Source of the DNA: Octopus vulgaris
Lineage: Eukaryota
Assembly: GCA_951406725.2 (NCBI GenBank)
Contig: OX597815.1
Coordinates: forward strand, 125,612,001-125,676,000
Reading direction: 5' to 3'
Length of the DNA: 64,000 bases
Shown: one piece after another, positions 1 to 14,165 of the stretch
Layout: each line of letters opens with the position of its first letter
Position numbering within the stretch: position 1 is the stretch's first letter
Program-made: the position numbers and the translations under genes
The notes under the pieces: generated by a model
Databases searched by the model: none
Told to the model about the DNA's origin: nothing
What the model saw: the letters and a program-made list of their open reading frames with translations, nothing else

Positions 1-325
1 TGCGGTCATGCTGGGGCACTGCATTGAGGAATTTTAGGCGAAGAAATCGATCCCAGTACTTACTGGTTTTTAAAGCCTGGTATTTATTTCACCGGTTCTC
101 GTTTGCTGAACCGCTAAGTTATATAGACACCAATAACGGTTGGCGAGCGATGGTGGGGAACAAACACAGGCACAAAGACACACACACGTATATATATATA
201 TATATATATATATATACGACAGTCTTTCAGTTTCTGTCCACAAGTTTTGGGTTGGTCGGAAGTTATAGTAGAAGGATACTTGCCTAAGGAGGTGCCACAT
301 AGTGGGACTGAACTCTGAACCATAA
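1..325 (-). mobile_element. SINE family A (tRNA head plus CORE-like body), partial copy
   Basis: Aligns by eye to the copies at 11055, 13186, 13628, 36328 and 61813 (gctgaaccgctaagtt, gaagacacttgcccaaggtgccac-type blocks); internal (TA)n. Confidence 0.8.
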
Positions 326-395
326 GTCGGACTTTTTTTATATGTATACATATACACATTTTTTGTATTAAATGTACTTTATATTTTGTGTATAT

Positions 396-795
396 GGCGG
401 CGAGCTGGCAGAAACGTTAGCACGCCGGGCGAAATGCGTAGCGGTATTTCGTCTGCCGTTAAGTTCTGAGTTCAAATTCCGCCGAGGTCGACTTTGCCTT
501 TCATCCTTTCGGGGTCGATACATTAAGTACCAGTTACGCACTGGGGTTGATGTAATCGACTTAATCCGTTTGTCTGTCCTTGTTTGTCCCCTCTGTGTTT
601 AGCCCCTTGTGGGCAGTAAAGAACTAGGTATTTCGTCTGTCTTTACGTTCTGAGTTCAAATTCCGCCGAGGTCGACTTTGCCTTTCATCCTTTCTGTGTC
701 GATAAACTAAGTACCAGTTGCACACTGGTGTCGATCTAATCGACTGGCCCCCTCCACCAAAATTTCGGGCCTTGTGCCTAGAATAGAAAAGAATA
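396..795 (+). mobile_element. SINE family B (tRNA-like head) with internally duplicated body
   Basis: ggcggcgagctggcagaa head, B-box-like gagttcaaattcc, and the body gtcgactttgcctttcatcctttc..gtcgata..aagtaccag occurring twice; many other copies in the window. Confidence 0.8.
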
Positions 796-929
796 TTTTT
801 TGTATATTGACTTGCCTAACTTGCTTGTCCTTACATTTACTACCTGCTGAAGTTCAAATCTCTTGAGCACTACGAAGTGTATTCTATATAGAGAATACCT
901 GTCTCTAATCTATAAACTATATACATATG

Positions 930-967
<38 letters not shown>

Positions 968-2276
968 TACATATATATGTATGTATGTAACTTTGTATGT
1001 ATGCATGAAATGAAAGCGTAACTGGGAAGTATCGACGTAGTTATTACTCAAGCCGTGGCCACTTCTGTTTTCTAGGATGGTGTACCTGGGACTGCATCAT
1101 ACAATGTATCTCCTCTTTTTTTAAGATTGTAGAATGTCATTTGAAAGGTATTTGGTTGCTATTTCTTGCAGGTTAATTTATCACATAGAATCTTTCACAT
1201 TGCCTTGGACAAACGATGTTTTTGTTTAGTCCTTGATCAATTGTGACCGAACGGACCCATTATTAAAGATACCTTAGCCATGATCATTCCACTTTTTCTC
1301 GGTATCTAGGATTACGTTAATTAAAATGTATTAATTTAAAATACGGTCGTTTGTTATTTGAATGCAATTTGACTAGTATTTCTAGCAAATATGGGACCAC
1401 ATAGATGTTCCCTCATTAGTTTGTAAGAACGATGTTGTGTCTATTTCGCATTCGTTCTCACCGAACTTCAAGACTTCTGACCATTGGCGTCAGGGTTCTT
1501 TCAGCAGTAAGGAAATAGTTAAGCTATAGCGTGTGTGGTATTAGTTTGATATTAGGACATGCTATCTTTGTGTCGAGTTATACGTTATGTGAAGCTTTAT
1601 AATTAATCAACTATTTTCTTTATACATTTTATAATTAATCATCCGTTATTTAAACTATTTTATATGAGATAGTTGTATTATCAAATAATGTTTTTTCTAA
1701 ATAGTTTTATTTTTACATTGAGCGATGTGATGTACCACAATAGCTCATTACTGTCCATGTATGATCAACCAACAAGAAAGTGTTCAATGGAATGTTATTT
1801 AAAGCTACCAAGTTTATAATTTTCATAGTTACATGTCAATTTGTAAATTATATTGGTCTTCAGAATTTTATAAAATTGATGCCAGGCTAGTGACATAAGG
1901 CTTGTGATTTAATGATTTTTGTAATAGGTTATCAGTGCTAGCTTATAATGGAACTGTAATGAAAGTTACATTTTATTGAATGAGTCTTATTAGCAGTATT
2001 GTTTCTATTCACCTTCATCGGATACTCTAGTAGATCAAGATGTTTTAAATTTGAAGTCATGAAAACGACCTATGCCTTCAAATAATAAACATTTAGCTAT
2101 TTGAAAAGATTGAGAAAATATTACCGAACTTTAACAGTTTTGTGAAACATAATACCCACACTTAATTATATGAGCTCATTTACACATTTACACATATTTC
2201 TTTCCCTTTTTTCTTTTCTTCTTTACCTTTCTTTCTTACTATTTTTCTTTCTATATATATACACATATCTACATAA

Positions 2277-2435
2277 AGTTACTTATATGACCGCCCATAG
2301 AGTGACCATTGGCTTCGCATCTATAAAGTGCTTAGCCTATTAGATGACTCGTTAGACACCAATGGACATCTGACGAGTCTTCTATTTATTGATGCGAAAC
2401 CACTGGTTACTCTATGACCGGTCATATAAGTAACT
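2277..2435. ncRNA. Foldback made of two head-to-head degenerate hammerhead-ribozyme motifs (Penelope-like)
   Basis: About 50-bp outer arms plus 16-bp inner arms. Plus strand: CTGACGA 2370-2376, GAAA 2396-2399, CCACTGG-TT. Minus strand: CTAACGA..CATCTA/TAGATG..GAAG CCAATGG TC. Confidence 0.55.
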
Positions 2436-2773
2436 GCCTGTAAATACATTTCTGCTCTAGCGTTTAGAGCGTGCTTCTTTTTCGGATATGCCATCCACTG
2501 ACGTTCCATATACACATATATTGTATTTACACATAAATTTAGTCTCATAGCAGCCAAGTCATGTTACAAAATGGTTTCATGTTAACCTTCTAAGTATGGA
2601 AAGGTCATGTGTGTATACACACATTGCTTATTTTCCCGGTTAAACTGAGTCGATATAGAGAACAATTTTTGTAGTGATCTGCATCAGTTCAGTAGTTTGT
2701 AAATTCTCCTTTTAAGGGTGTCATTTATGTGACTTAAAACCGTAATTATATATGTTCCAATTCGAATGTTTGT

Positions 2774-2776
2774 ATG

Positions 2777-2808
<32 letters not shown>

Positions 2809-2840
2809 TGTATGTATGTATGTATGTATGTATGTATGTA

Positions 2841-2885
<45 letters not shown>

Positions 2886-2900
2886 ATTTATGTATGTATG
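2774..2900. repeat. (TATG)n/(TG)n microsatellite
   Basis: Directly visible. Confidence 0.95.
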
Positions 2901-3694
2901 TACACACGTCAATGAATATAGGATAATCAGGTACAGTTGAGGAAGGGCATAGAAAAGAGGTCAGTTTCGAAAATAGATTTGAGAAGCTTGAGAAAGATAG
3001 AAAACATTTTTTAATATAGTGGAATAGGTGTAATTTTCACTGAACGCCTTTACTTTTACCGTATTTATCTTCCGTATACATGAATATATATTTATCATAC
3101 ATACAAACAGTCTCAATATCGTTTAACCCCTCAATATCGTTTATATATATATCGTTAACCCCTCAATATCGTTTATATTTATGTTTATGTGTAAGTAAAC
3201 AAATGAAGCCGTTTTTTTTTTTTGGAGGGGTAATAAATGAAGATATGACGTCGATGATCTCTGCAAAGAACATTTATTACAAAGCGTTGTCTGCCTTCAA
3301 CAGTCAATTAAAAATCACTACTGGTAGCTCAACCTTTGTCCTATGGAGATCGCTCTTAATTTTCTTAATATTCGTTTGGTATTTTTTATTCTTTTCTAAC
3401 CAGATCTGGTAGTTAACAAAATACGAATGTTCTGTTGCTGAAGTTTCGTAATACATGTTTGTCTAAGCATGCTTGTTCATTTTGTATGCGTTTTTTTTCC
3501 ATGGAAAAGCAGTGCTAAAGATCCTTAGCATCTCAATACTTGTATGTAACGTTTTTATATTATGTTATTTCTAAAATAGAATATAACATATCATTACCTA
3601 GTATTGTGCCTATATGAACATGTGGATCAAAAGAAAGTACTTTCACAATACAAAAGCTGAGTCTTGCTTAGATTTGTTACATTCTTTTTAGACA

Positions 3695-4383
<689 letters not shown>

Positions 4384-4419
4384 AATAATGATGATAATAA
4401 TATTAATAATGAAATGATT

Positions 4420-5083
4420 GTGTATAGTGCTCAGGTGCACTACAACTCATCAAAGATTCATGTATAGTACATAGAATTATGTACAAAAGTCAGGAAAGTG
4501 AACATTGTATGAGTCATGATATACATGTGTGCATGCGTATGGAGGTGAGATATCAGGTGTAGTGTTGGCAAATTTCAGGAAGCATGGAGGTTTTAAAGAA
4601 TGCAATGTCTCGGTAACTAACAAATGATGCAGGTAGTTTGTTTCATTCTTCAGCAGCACTGAATGTGAAAAAAATGTCTTCAAAAGTCATGGGAGCTGTG
4701 CTGTTTTCTGACTTTGAAGGCATGCCCACGTGTGTTAGATACATGGAGCTCAAAAAGGTGTTCAAGGTGGTTGTTGGCCTGATGGTTAATAATTTTGTTG
4801 GTGTTTACTAAGTCAGTTGCCAGGCATTGGAGCTTCAATGTATCTATGCCCAGGGAAGCAAGGCATTCAGAGTATGGTAGATGCTTGATGGAGAACATTC
4901 GCTTGGTTGCACGTCTCTGAACAGTTTTCAGGAGGTCAATGTCCTGAGCAAGATAGGAGTTCCAGACTGGTGATGCAAATTCCAAGTATGGCCGCACCAA
5001 AGCTATATAAACCTTACATAGATAGCAGGAGAGTGGCTGACAAACGTCTTGCTGAGTGATGGCAAGATACCCTCGGTCATTTT
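4420..5083 (-). mobile_element. CR1/L2-group LINE 3' fragment (reverse transcriptase C-terminus), degraded
   Basis: YIALVRPYLEFASPVWN, LLKTVQRRATK, LPYSECL, TRGHAFK and FFSH motifs typical of the CR1-clade ORF2 end. Confidence 0.85.
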
Positions 5084-5399
5084 GGAGATAATAAATAAAT
5101 AAAATAAATAAAAAATAAAAACAAAAAATGGAAGTTTTCGTCATTTTTGCTTATAGAAACGTAAAACTACTAATAGAAAATGTCAACCTCATAAAAGAAA
5201 TCTTTAATTCCTTATTAATCTTACTTAAGGTTCTAAATTTAGCTGCGATGCTTTCTAAATACTGTGATCATTTGCCGGTTCATACAACTGGAGGCGTTCT
5301 CAGACTGCTGTGAGTTGACGAGTTTATATGAAGTAAGCACCATGCCTGGATAAGGATTGTAGAGAAGAATTGTAAATTTATTTTCAACACATTTGTCTT

Positions 5400-5600
5400 C
5401 TAGCTTCTCTGTTTGTTACCCATGGCTGCTTGACAGCGGGTGTTGATGTGTTTATGTCCCCGTAACTTAGCTGTTCGACAAAACGACCGATAGAATCAGT
5501 ACTAGGCTTTAAAATATATGCCTTGGGGTCAATTTGTTCGTCTAAAGGCGGTACTTCTGCATTGCTACAGTCAAATGACAGAAACAAGTAAAAAATAAAA
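5400..5600 (+). mobile_element. SINE family A, 3' half
   Basis: Reverse complement of the block ccgctaagttacggggacgtaaacacacc seen in the minus-strand copies. Confidence 0.7.
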
Positions 5601-7353
5601 TATCTGAAATACTTTTAGAATATTTTCAAACATTTTCTTTTGAGAGTGGCCTATCTCCGAGATAGGCTTTAAATTCTATGTCTAGGGTGGATGCCTCTCC
5701 CAAAATATTCGGGAAATCTCGTGGTTTTCTATTTGACAGCTATAGATGTTTAGATTATTTAACTCCAGGACATTCTTGATCAAAGCGTTCCAAACAAGTG
5801 CACCCTTACGTTTCGTTTTCCAGCAGAGTGTTTTAGAAAATGAAATTTTCCACTTGTATGATTACAGGTTCTTTTTGGAAAAGATTTAATTGCTATTTCT
5901 AGCAGGTTAAGCATTCACCTAGACGATTTATCATTGAATCGTTTGTCAGGTGCTTGAAACTGCAAAAGGCGTTGAGTGGCTTTCATATCCATCCCGTTAA
6001 TCTCGCTCAGTCCCAGCCAGTGTCTGAGATGCCATTATCAAAACTCCCTAAATCTAACGAGTGGTATTTCCTCTGTAATGGTTTCATGTTTTTTAAGAAT
6101 GTTGGCCGTCTGAATAGTTTCATTAGCCATATATGTGATGAACGCAATTCCGTGTAGTTAAGTAGACCTAGAGATACTGACTAAAATCATTAAGGGAGTC
6201 CCGAAAGAGAATGTTCTAAGTTCTAAGTGATGAAAGGTTATTCGTGATAAGGTAAAATGGAGACCGCAGTGTAATGAGTGAATATGAAGCAAATATAAAA
6301 AACCGAAAGACAAAATAGCATGTCAGAGTAGAAGAGGTATTAAGAGAAATGGAACCAGTATTAGACTTTGTTAGTTATTGAAGTGATAGACAGTTTAACT
6401 TCTGTCTGGACGCAAAATACTTTCTAGGAGTAATTATGGTAATATTATCTGCTGTTTAATAGTATGGTCAATGGAAAAAGGAATAAAATTCAGCGTGGCA
6501 GCAAATCAGATAAAACTGAAGAAAAGAAACTCATTCGAAATTTAGAATATCAAATGCGTAAAATCTACCTCAGCCACAAAGAAATATTTAACCCCAGATC
6601 ACGAAAAGAAGAAAAGAAGATAAAGAAAAGCAACACATAGGTAAAAAACAAAAGGACACCAAGAAATCCCAACAATAACTTTTGAATCGTCTTGAAACTT
6701 TTGAAAAGGGGTAGGACATGAAAACTATGCCAGTTTTTATGAGTTATTAAGAAGTGAAGAATGACTGAAGTTGAAAGACAAGTGAAAAACTAATCAAAGA
6801 AAATAATACAGATGCAGAAGAATGTGTAGTGTATGAGAAATGTGCTGTGTGTGAAATTGTGTCGATACAGGATGTCCAAACAGAAGAAACTTCCTTGTCC
6901 TAAAGAACCAAAAACAACATCTTGGTAGTCTGGTAGAATCGGCTACAGCTAGAAATAATAAATAGCCTTATTTTTCTGAAAGAAAGCTTTCGTAATGATA
7001 ATTGCTAATGTAATAAACTGGCGGTATTAGAATTCTGAAAATTTAATATGCAGAGTCACAAATTTTTCGATAGAATAATTCTTATGCATTTTTATTTTCT
7101 TATATTATTATGACCAAAACGAGGCTATTTATCTCAAGTTCGGAAAGAGAGATCTTATGTAGGAAATATGGGAAATGCTTATTTTCAAGTTGGTGCGAAC
7201 AAGTAATTTCTAATTCAAAGCAATATATTTTTTCTTATATATTTAATATTCAATAATATATGAAGCCAAAGATGGAACTGTTTTAACGTATTGTGAATAT
7301 TCAGTGTAGGTGCTAGAATTGCATTACATTATATCTGTTCAAAGAGAGAATTA

Positions 7354-7388
7354 TAGCAGCAGCAGCAGTAGTAGTGATAGTAGTAGTG

Positions 7389-7434
<46 letters not shown>

Positions 7435-7460
7435 CAGAAGAAGAAGAAGAAGAAGAAGTA
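7354..7460. repeat. (CAG)/(TAG)/(AAG) compound trinucleotide repeat
   Basis: Directly visible. Confidence 0.9.
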
Positions 7461-8733
7461 GAAGTTACGCTGTGATTGGTTGTTTGGCTGAATTTCTTTG
7501 GCATAAATAAAGTTTGGATCATTCATCGTATTATAGCAGAGAAGCATATGATGAATGTTTTTTTTTTTCCGGGTTGTTACAAGCAAGTAATTCGTAATTT
7601 AAACCGATATATTTTTGCTTATATATTTCATATCTAGCAATCTCTCAATTTGCAGACAGTCCCTTTCAAGATATTGTGTATCCTCAGTGCGTACACAAAT
7701 AAACACGTGGAAAGACTAAAATGTCTAAATTCCAGACGAAAAAGAACTTGAAACTGAAATTTACCAGAATATTCGGACGGTGATAAAATGCTCCAGATTT
7801 AGCAGAGAAATAATTGTCATTTTACTCTTACTTTATTCGGAGCTAAATGTACCAGCTTTGTCATTTCACTTTCTCCTTTCTGGAAACAAAGTAATGCAAA
7901 ACTTTCTTTTAGTTCTTATTTGTGTGAAATGATATTACACAATGCAATCTTAGTTTCTATTCCGGAGAGGCAGAATTTTCAGAGTCGTCTACAGATTATG
8001 AGATCACTGAAAATTAAAATCTAAAAGAAAAAAATAATGCATCACTTTGAATTATTTAGTTGTTTGTATCTCATGATTCTCTTTCCTGCATAAGGTAAAT
8101 GAATCAAAGTCCATGTTTACTAAGGGAAATCAGTCCAACATCCAAAGACAGTTCGGCTTCTATTTGCATGACTTTAGTTTATGATGTATTCAAACACAGA
8201 TGATGGTCGACATGCCGAGACACAAATATGAGGATCATGTGTAGCTCACCGTTGAAAGATACAAACATATGGGTTGGTTAAAATGATAGCGGAAAAAATG
8301 CAGAAAAGGAAATTTGCCAAAATATTGTGATCTTAAAGAACCTATGTCAAATTTACTGCAATACACTGATTGAATAAAGGGAAAATTGTAAACATAGTTA
8401 ATTAGTTTTAGTTCTCAAGTTCTAGAGTGTTTGGTGTCAAATTCACACTGCTGTCTCACGTATTAATGCCAGCCATCAATATAGAGAAGATACACTATTT
8501 GCATCTTACTCGAAATATCTGGGGTTTAAACAGGTTCAGGATTATATATTTCCATATATTTATTGGCGAATGGTTAAACAAAAGTTAGAATCGCTTTAAT
8601 TGTCTAAAGGTTTAAGCGACAGAAATGAAATAAAATACTTTCAAGGGGTAACTGAAGCTTGGTAATGTTAAATCATAATGTGGTTACTTAAAGCTATGGA
8701 ATAATTAGATAAAAGAAAGCTGGGTGGATAATT

Positions 8734-8812
<79 letters not shown>

Positions 8813-8889
8813 ATGTATGTGTAAATATGTATGCCTATGTATGTGGGTATGTGAGGAACAGCTAATCTTATTATGAGTATGACTTGGGT

Positions 8890-9090
8890 ATGAACTGTTA
8901 GAATTCCTTGCGGAATTTTTAGCACTCATTATGTACTCGGTTCAAATTCCGCTGACGTCGACTTTGCCTTCCATCCTTCCGGAAAGTATAGATTAAAGTA
9001 CAACTCAAGTAATATGGTTGATTTAAGCGACTAAGCAATCCTTTCCCCCCAACAAATCTTAGACCTTGTGCCTGTACTGGAAACAGTTAT
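8890..9090 (+). mobile_element. SINE family B, diverged
   Basis: ggttcaaattccgctgacgtcgactttgccttccatccttcc block. Confidence 0.7.
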
Positions 9091-9227
9091 ATCGAGTATG
9101 ACTGTGGTTTGGTTTCATAATTTCTGTTAAGACGTTTCTCATCTCTTCATTAGTCCTTTATATGTCGTTTGAAACAGTAATGCAAATAATACTAAACGAA
9201 AAAAATGGTAAAACTGGACCACCGTCG

Positions 9228-9665
<438 letters not shown>

Positions 9666-9829
9666 ATCTACGTACACTCACACACAGAAACAATCAAATA
9701 CCGTGGTATTGATTCGTTAAATCAAATTTTTACCATCCATTTCTTCAACAAAGAGTAAATATAAAATACATAAAATTATATATAAGAAAAATATATATAA
9801 AATTACATATAAGAAAAAATATATATAAT

Positions 9830-10403
9830 TATTCTTCTTTCTTTGTTCTTCTTTATGCCTTTAACCCTCCAACGCGGAGTATAGGCCACTTATAGTTGAA
9901 TTCCATGTCGCATAATTTTTAGCTTCTGTACTTATACACTGCCATGAATGTCCCCCTTTCTCTAGTTCCTTTTGTGTTGATCTCCGCCACGAATTCTTAG
10001 GTCTACCTCTCCTATATCCATCCGGTTTCCACTGTAAAGCACTTTTCGCTACATTTGGTGTGTCTTTTCTAATTGTGCTATTAATCCACTTCCACTTTTT
10101 CTTAAATATTTGCTCCCTAATCGAAACTTCATTTGTTCTTTGCCATAGCTCCATATTGCTTATGTGTTCGGGCCATCTAATTTTAAGTATACTACGCAAG
10201 CATTTGGTGATGAATGATTGTATTTGCTTATTTGACTTAACTGTTGTTCGCCATGTCTCAGCCCCATACAATAACACCGCTTTTACGTTAGTGTTAAAAA
10301 TTCTTATTTTGTTCTTTATCGAAATTTCGCTTGCGCACCATACTTTCTTTAACAGGTGAAAAGCGGTCCTTGCCTTACTTATTCTCGTCTTAATATCCTC
10401 GTC
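9830..10403 (-). mobile_element. RTE-clade LINE, 5'-truncated 3' fragment with open ORF end
   Basis: DEDIKTRISKARTAF, IFNTNVKAVLLYGAETW, KCLRSILKIRW and RRGRPKNSWRR motifs; stop at 9861; AAG-rich tail; inserted in an AT-rich minisatellite. Confidence 0.92.
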
Positions 10404-10525
10404 TATATATAAGAAAAATATATATAAAATCATATACAAGAAAAATATATAAAATTATATATAAGAAAAATATAGAAAATTATATATAAGAAAAAATGTA
10501 TAAAATCTATATAAGAAAAATAAAA
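10404..10525. repeat. AT-rich minisatellite (aaattatatataagaaaaatatat-like unit), also present at 9765-9830
   Basis: Same unit on both sides of the RTE fragment. Confidence 0.8.
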
Positions 10526-11054
10526 CAACTAAAACTTCAAACAGATAAATAAATAATAGAAAAGATGAAACAAAAAAGACAACCAAATAAAGCGTAATTT
10601 TAGCAATGAAATAAAAACGTCAGTGTTTTTTATTATTTAAAGTATAACATTTACAAACGAGCTAGGGAAACAAAATAACAACAGAAGTAAGGAAGGCGAC
10701 AAATAGCAGCATAGTTTAGCTACATCTCTAAAAGTAGGCAAACTGATTAACTGATACACTTAATACTGTATAAAGATTAATATATGAGGTAAAATAACTG
10801 TCGTTAAGTAGCTTCATTAATCCGTATTAAGAGAGGTAGAAGCATACTTAACAGACTAGGTAATGTTCAAGAGATGTTGCACTTTGCATGTTAGCTATCA
10901 ACTCTTTGTTGATGAGCAATACATTTCCATTCAATACATTGTACATTCTAAATAGCCGGCTTCACGAAATATTGGGTATCGAACTCCCAAAAGGATTTTT
11001 CAGCAAAATAAAGGTTATGAAAGCATGTGAGAACATCTGTATGTATGTATTCTT

Positions 11055-11448
11055 TCATTTGTTTCAGTCAATTGACTACGGCCATGCTGGAGCAGCGCCT
11101 TTAGCCGAACAATTCGACCCCAGAACTTATTCTTTGTAAGCCTAGTACTTATCCTATTGGTCTCTTTTGCCGAACTGCTAAGTTATGGGGACGTAAACAC
11201 ACCAGCTTCGGTTGTCAAACGATGGTGGTTGTGGTGGTGGTGGGGACAAACACAGATACACACACAAATATATACATATATATACGACGGGCTTCTTTCG
11301 GTTTCCGTCTACCAAATCTACTCACAAGGTTGTGGTCAGTCCGAGGCTATAGAAGAAGACACTTGCCCAAGGTGCCACGCAGTGGGACTGAACCAGGAAC
11401 CATGTGGTTGGTAAGCAAGCTACTTACCACACAGCTACTCCTGCGCCT
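11055..11448 (-). mobile_element. SINE family A, full-length
   Basis: Minus strand begins aggcgcaggagtagctgtgtgg (A-box-like), ggttcagtccc (B-box-like), then ccttgggcaagtg (CORE-like). Confidence 0.88.
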
Positions 11449-12757
11449 ATGCGTATTTATGCGTGTGTGTTCGTGTGTGTATATGAGTATGCGTGTGAGT
11501 ACATGTGTGTGGATAGGTGTGTTCATGTGTATTCTAATTTTGTACAGATTTCAACCTTCTGTCCATCGTCTTGCTGTGTGAAAGATATTTATTATATTTT
11601 AATTTCATGCAATAAGAAATTATGAACTTGTTGACTTTTGACAAGTTATTTTAGAAGACATACAAATCTATATTTTTAACCAATGAATGTAGCAAGAGCT
11701 ATGGTTCTCCTCAATGTCTTATTAGCTAATAGAGACGCTATGAATACATGACATGCAATATATTTTGTGGATTGTAGGCTACATCAGAAACGAAACTGCT
11801 ATCATGGAACATGAACGGAACTGTTGCAGGATAATGCAGCCAAGATGACGTGAGAGAAAGGGTAGCAATAATCTTTATAACAATGGTAGACATGTTACTG
11901 TAGTGTGGAGTTCGTACTCTTGACATCGTTATTTTTACCTATGTGTGACAAAGAACCTCCTAACAGATTTGGATCACTCGGGCAGAATGCACCTTTCATT
12001 TCCTGGATTGCTAGTATTTTCTAATATGGTTTCATATTAGGGGTTCTTTAACTCACACTATATCAATTCTACCGTCCCTTAATATTTGGTTTTCTCCCTG
12101 TTACTCTTCTTTCTTTCTTTCAATGACCTTTATTATTTACTACAATTATTCCTATGAAGATGTTAATACTATTTATTCCTCGATAACCTTTTGTACATAG
12201 TTACTTTACACACACAAACTGTATATCTCAAGTAAGACTTATATTGTATTTCTGTTCTAAAGCAGCAAGCGGTTTTCCACCTCACTTATCTCAGCACACC
12301 TGATCAACTCAACCCTCCTAGTCATCCACCCTCTTTCACTCTCAAATCTTGTCGTCTTGGCGAGTATAATGTTGTTTCAATATACCGAGTCTTTCTACAG
12401 TTTGGCAAGCTTTTACAATACCAATGAATGCTTTGTATAGTTTCCTATATATCGAAGCACGAATTTCGTTTAAGCAGGAGACAATTGAGTGCACGGCATT
12501 TATAAGCTGCAACAAAAGAGAAACAACGTCAGCGACGACGGTCATATCGCTCTGATATTTAGTGTGTTTTTAATATGACAAGCCTATGAAAAAATTTTCA
12601 TCTCGGACACTTCCACAGTATCATGTCTACAAATGGTATGCATTCATTAAGTATCGCACACAGATGGCAATTTAATATAATACTGTTTCAATTCTGCATA
12701 CCGAATGTATTATATACATACATACACACACATATATAATTGCCTTAAAATGAGGCA

Positions 12758-12775
12758 GTCATCATCGCCGTCGTC

Positions 12776-12820
<45 letters not shown>

Positions 12821-12932
12821 GTCATCATCGTCATCATCGTCATCATCGTCATCATCGTCATCATCATCATCACCATCGTCATCATCGTCATCATCGTCAT
12901 CATCGTCATCATCATCATCGTCGTCGTCGTCG

Positions 12933-12977
<45 letters not shown>
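12758..12977. repeat. (CAT/CGT)n trinucleotide repeat
   Basis: Directly visible; source of the poly-S, poly-D and poly-M ORFs. Confidence 0.95.
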
Positions 12978-12978
<1 letters not shown>

Positions 12979-13185
12979 TATATGTATATATATAAATATA
13001 TTACGTGTATGTATATATGTTTATTCTATTTTTTAATTATTATACACCTTCCACTGAGGAGGGAACCGGTTTCTACCAAAGATACGAGGCCTCATCTTTG
13101 GGTTGTAGTCAACACACACAAATTCACATTTGTCTGTGTATGTATGAATGTATGTTCTTTTATATTCTTTTATTCTTTCATTCTT

Positions 13186-13387
13186 TTATTTGTTCCAGCC
13201 ACTTGACTGCAGCCATGCTGGAGCAGCGCCTTTAATCGAGCAAATCAACCCCAGGACTTATTATTTGTAATCCTAGTACTTATTCAATCGATCTCTCTTG
13301 CCGAACCGCTAGGTTACGGGACGTAAACACACCAGCATCGGTTGACAAGCGATGTTGAGGTCACAAACACAAACATACACACACACA

Positions 13388-13424
<37 letters not shown>

Positions 13425-13585
13425 TTTGCTTATTTCAGATTCCGTCTACCAAATCCACTCACAAGGCTTTGGTCGGCCCGAGGATATAGTAGAAGACACT
13501 TGCCCAAGGTGCCATGCAGTGGGACTGAACCAGGAACCATGTGGTTGGTAAGCAAACTACTTACCACACAACCACTCCTGCGCCT
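13186..13585 (-). mobile_element. SINE family A, full-length
   Basis: Same blocks as the 11055 copy; internal (CA)n. Confidence 0.88.
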
Positions 13586-13627
13586 ATGTATATTTGTTCT
13601 TTTACTCTTTTTTATTCTTTTATTATT

Positions 13628-13924
13628 TTACTTGTTTCAGTCATTGGACTGTGGCCATGCTGGAGCACCGCCTTTAGTCGAGCAAATCCACCCCTGGACT
13701 TATTCTTTGTAAGCCTAGTACTTATTCTATCGATCTCTTTTGCCGAACCGCTAAGTTATGGGGACGTAAACACACCAAAAACAATTGTCAAGCGATGGTG
13801 GGGACAAACACAGACGCACATACAAATATATATATATACATACATACATACATACATACATACATACATACATACATACATACATGCATGCATGCATGCA
13901 TGCATGCATACATACATACATACA

Positions 13925-14001
<77 letters not shown>

Positions 14002-14165
14002 GTAGACATATACGACGGGCTTCTTTTAGTTTCCGTCTACCAAATCCGCTCACAAGGCTTCGGTCGGCCCGAGGCTATAGTAGAAGACACCTGCGCACGG
14101 TGCCCCACAATGGGATTGAACCCAGAACCATGTGATTGGGAAGCAAGCTACTTACCACACAGCCA
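13628..14165 (-). mobile_element. SINE family A, in tandem with the previous copy, with expanded internal microsatellite
   Basis: Same blocks; internal (TACA)n(TGCA)n(TA)n. Confidence 0.88.

Noticed and set aside
11740-11930. SETKL and VAII motifs suggesting a LINE endonuclease (similar hints at 6150-6950)
   Set aside because: Too degraded to call with confidence.
12705-12995. Poly-Asp/poly-Ser ORFs resembling acidic biomineralisation proteins
   Set aside because: Pure (CAT/CGT)n repeat with no signal peptide or splice context.
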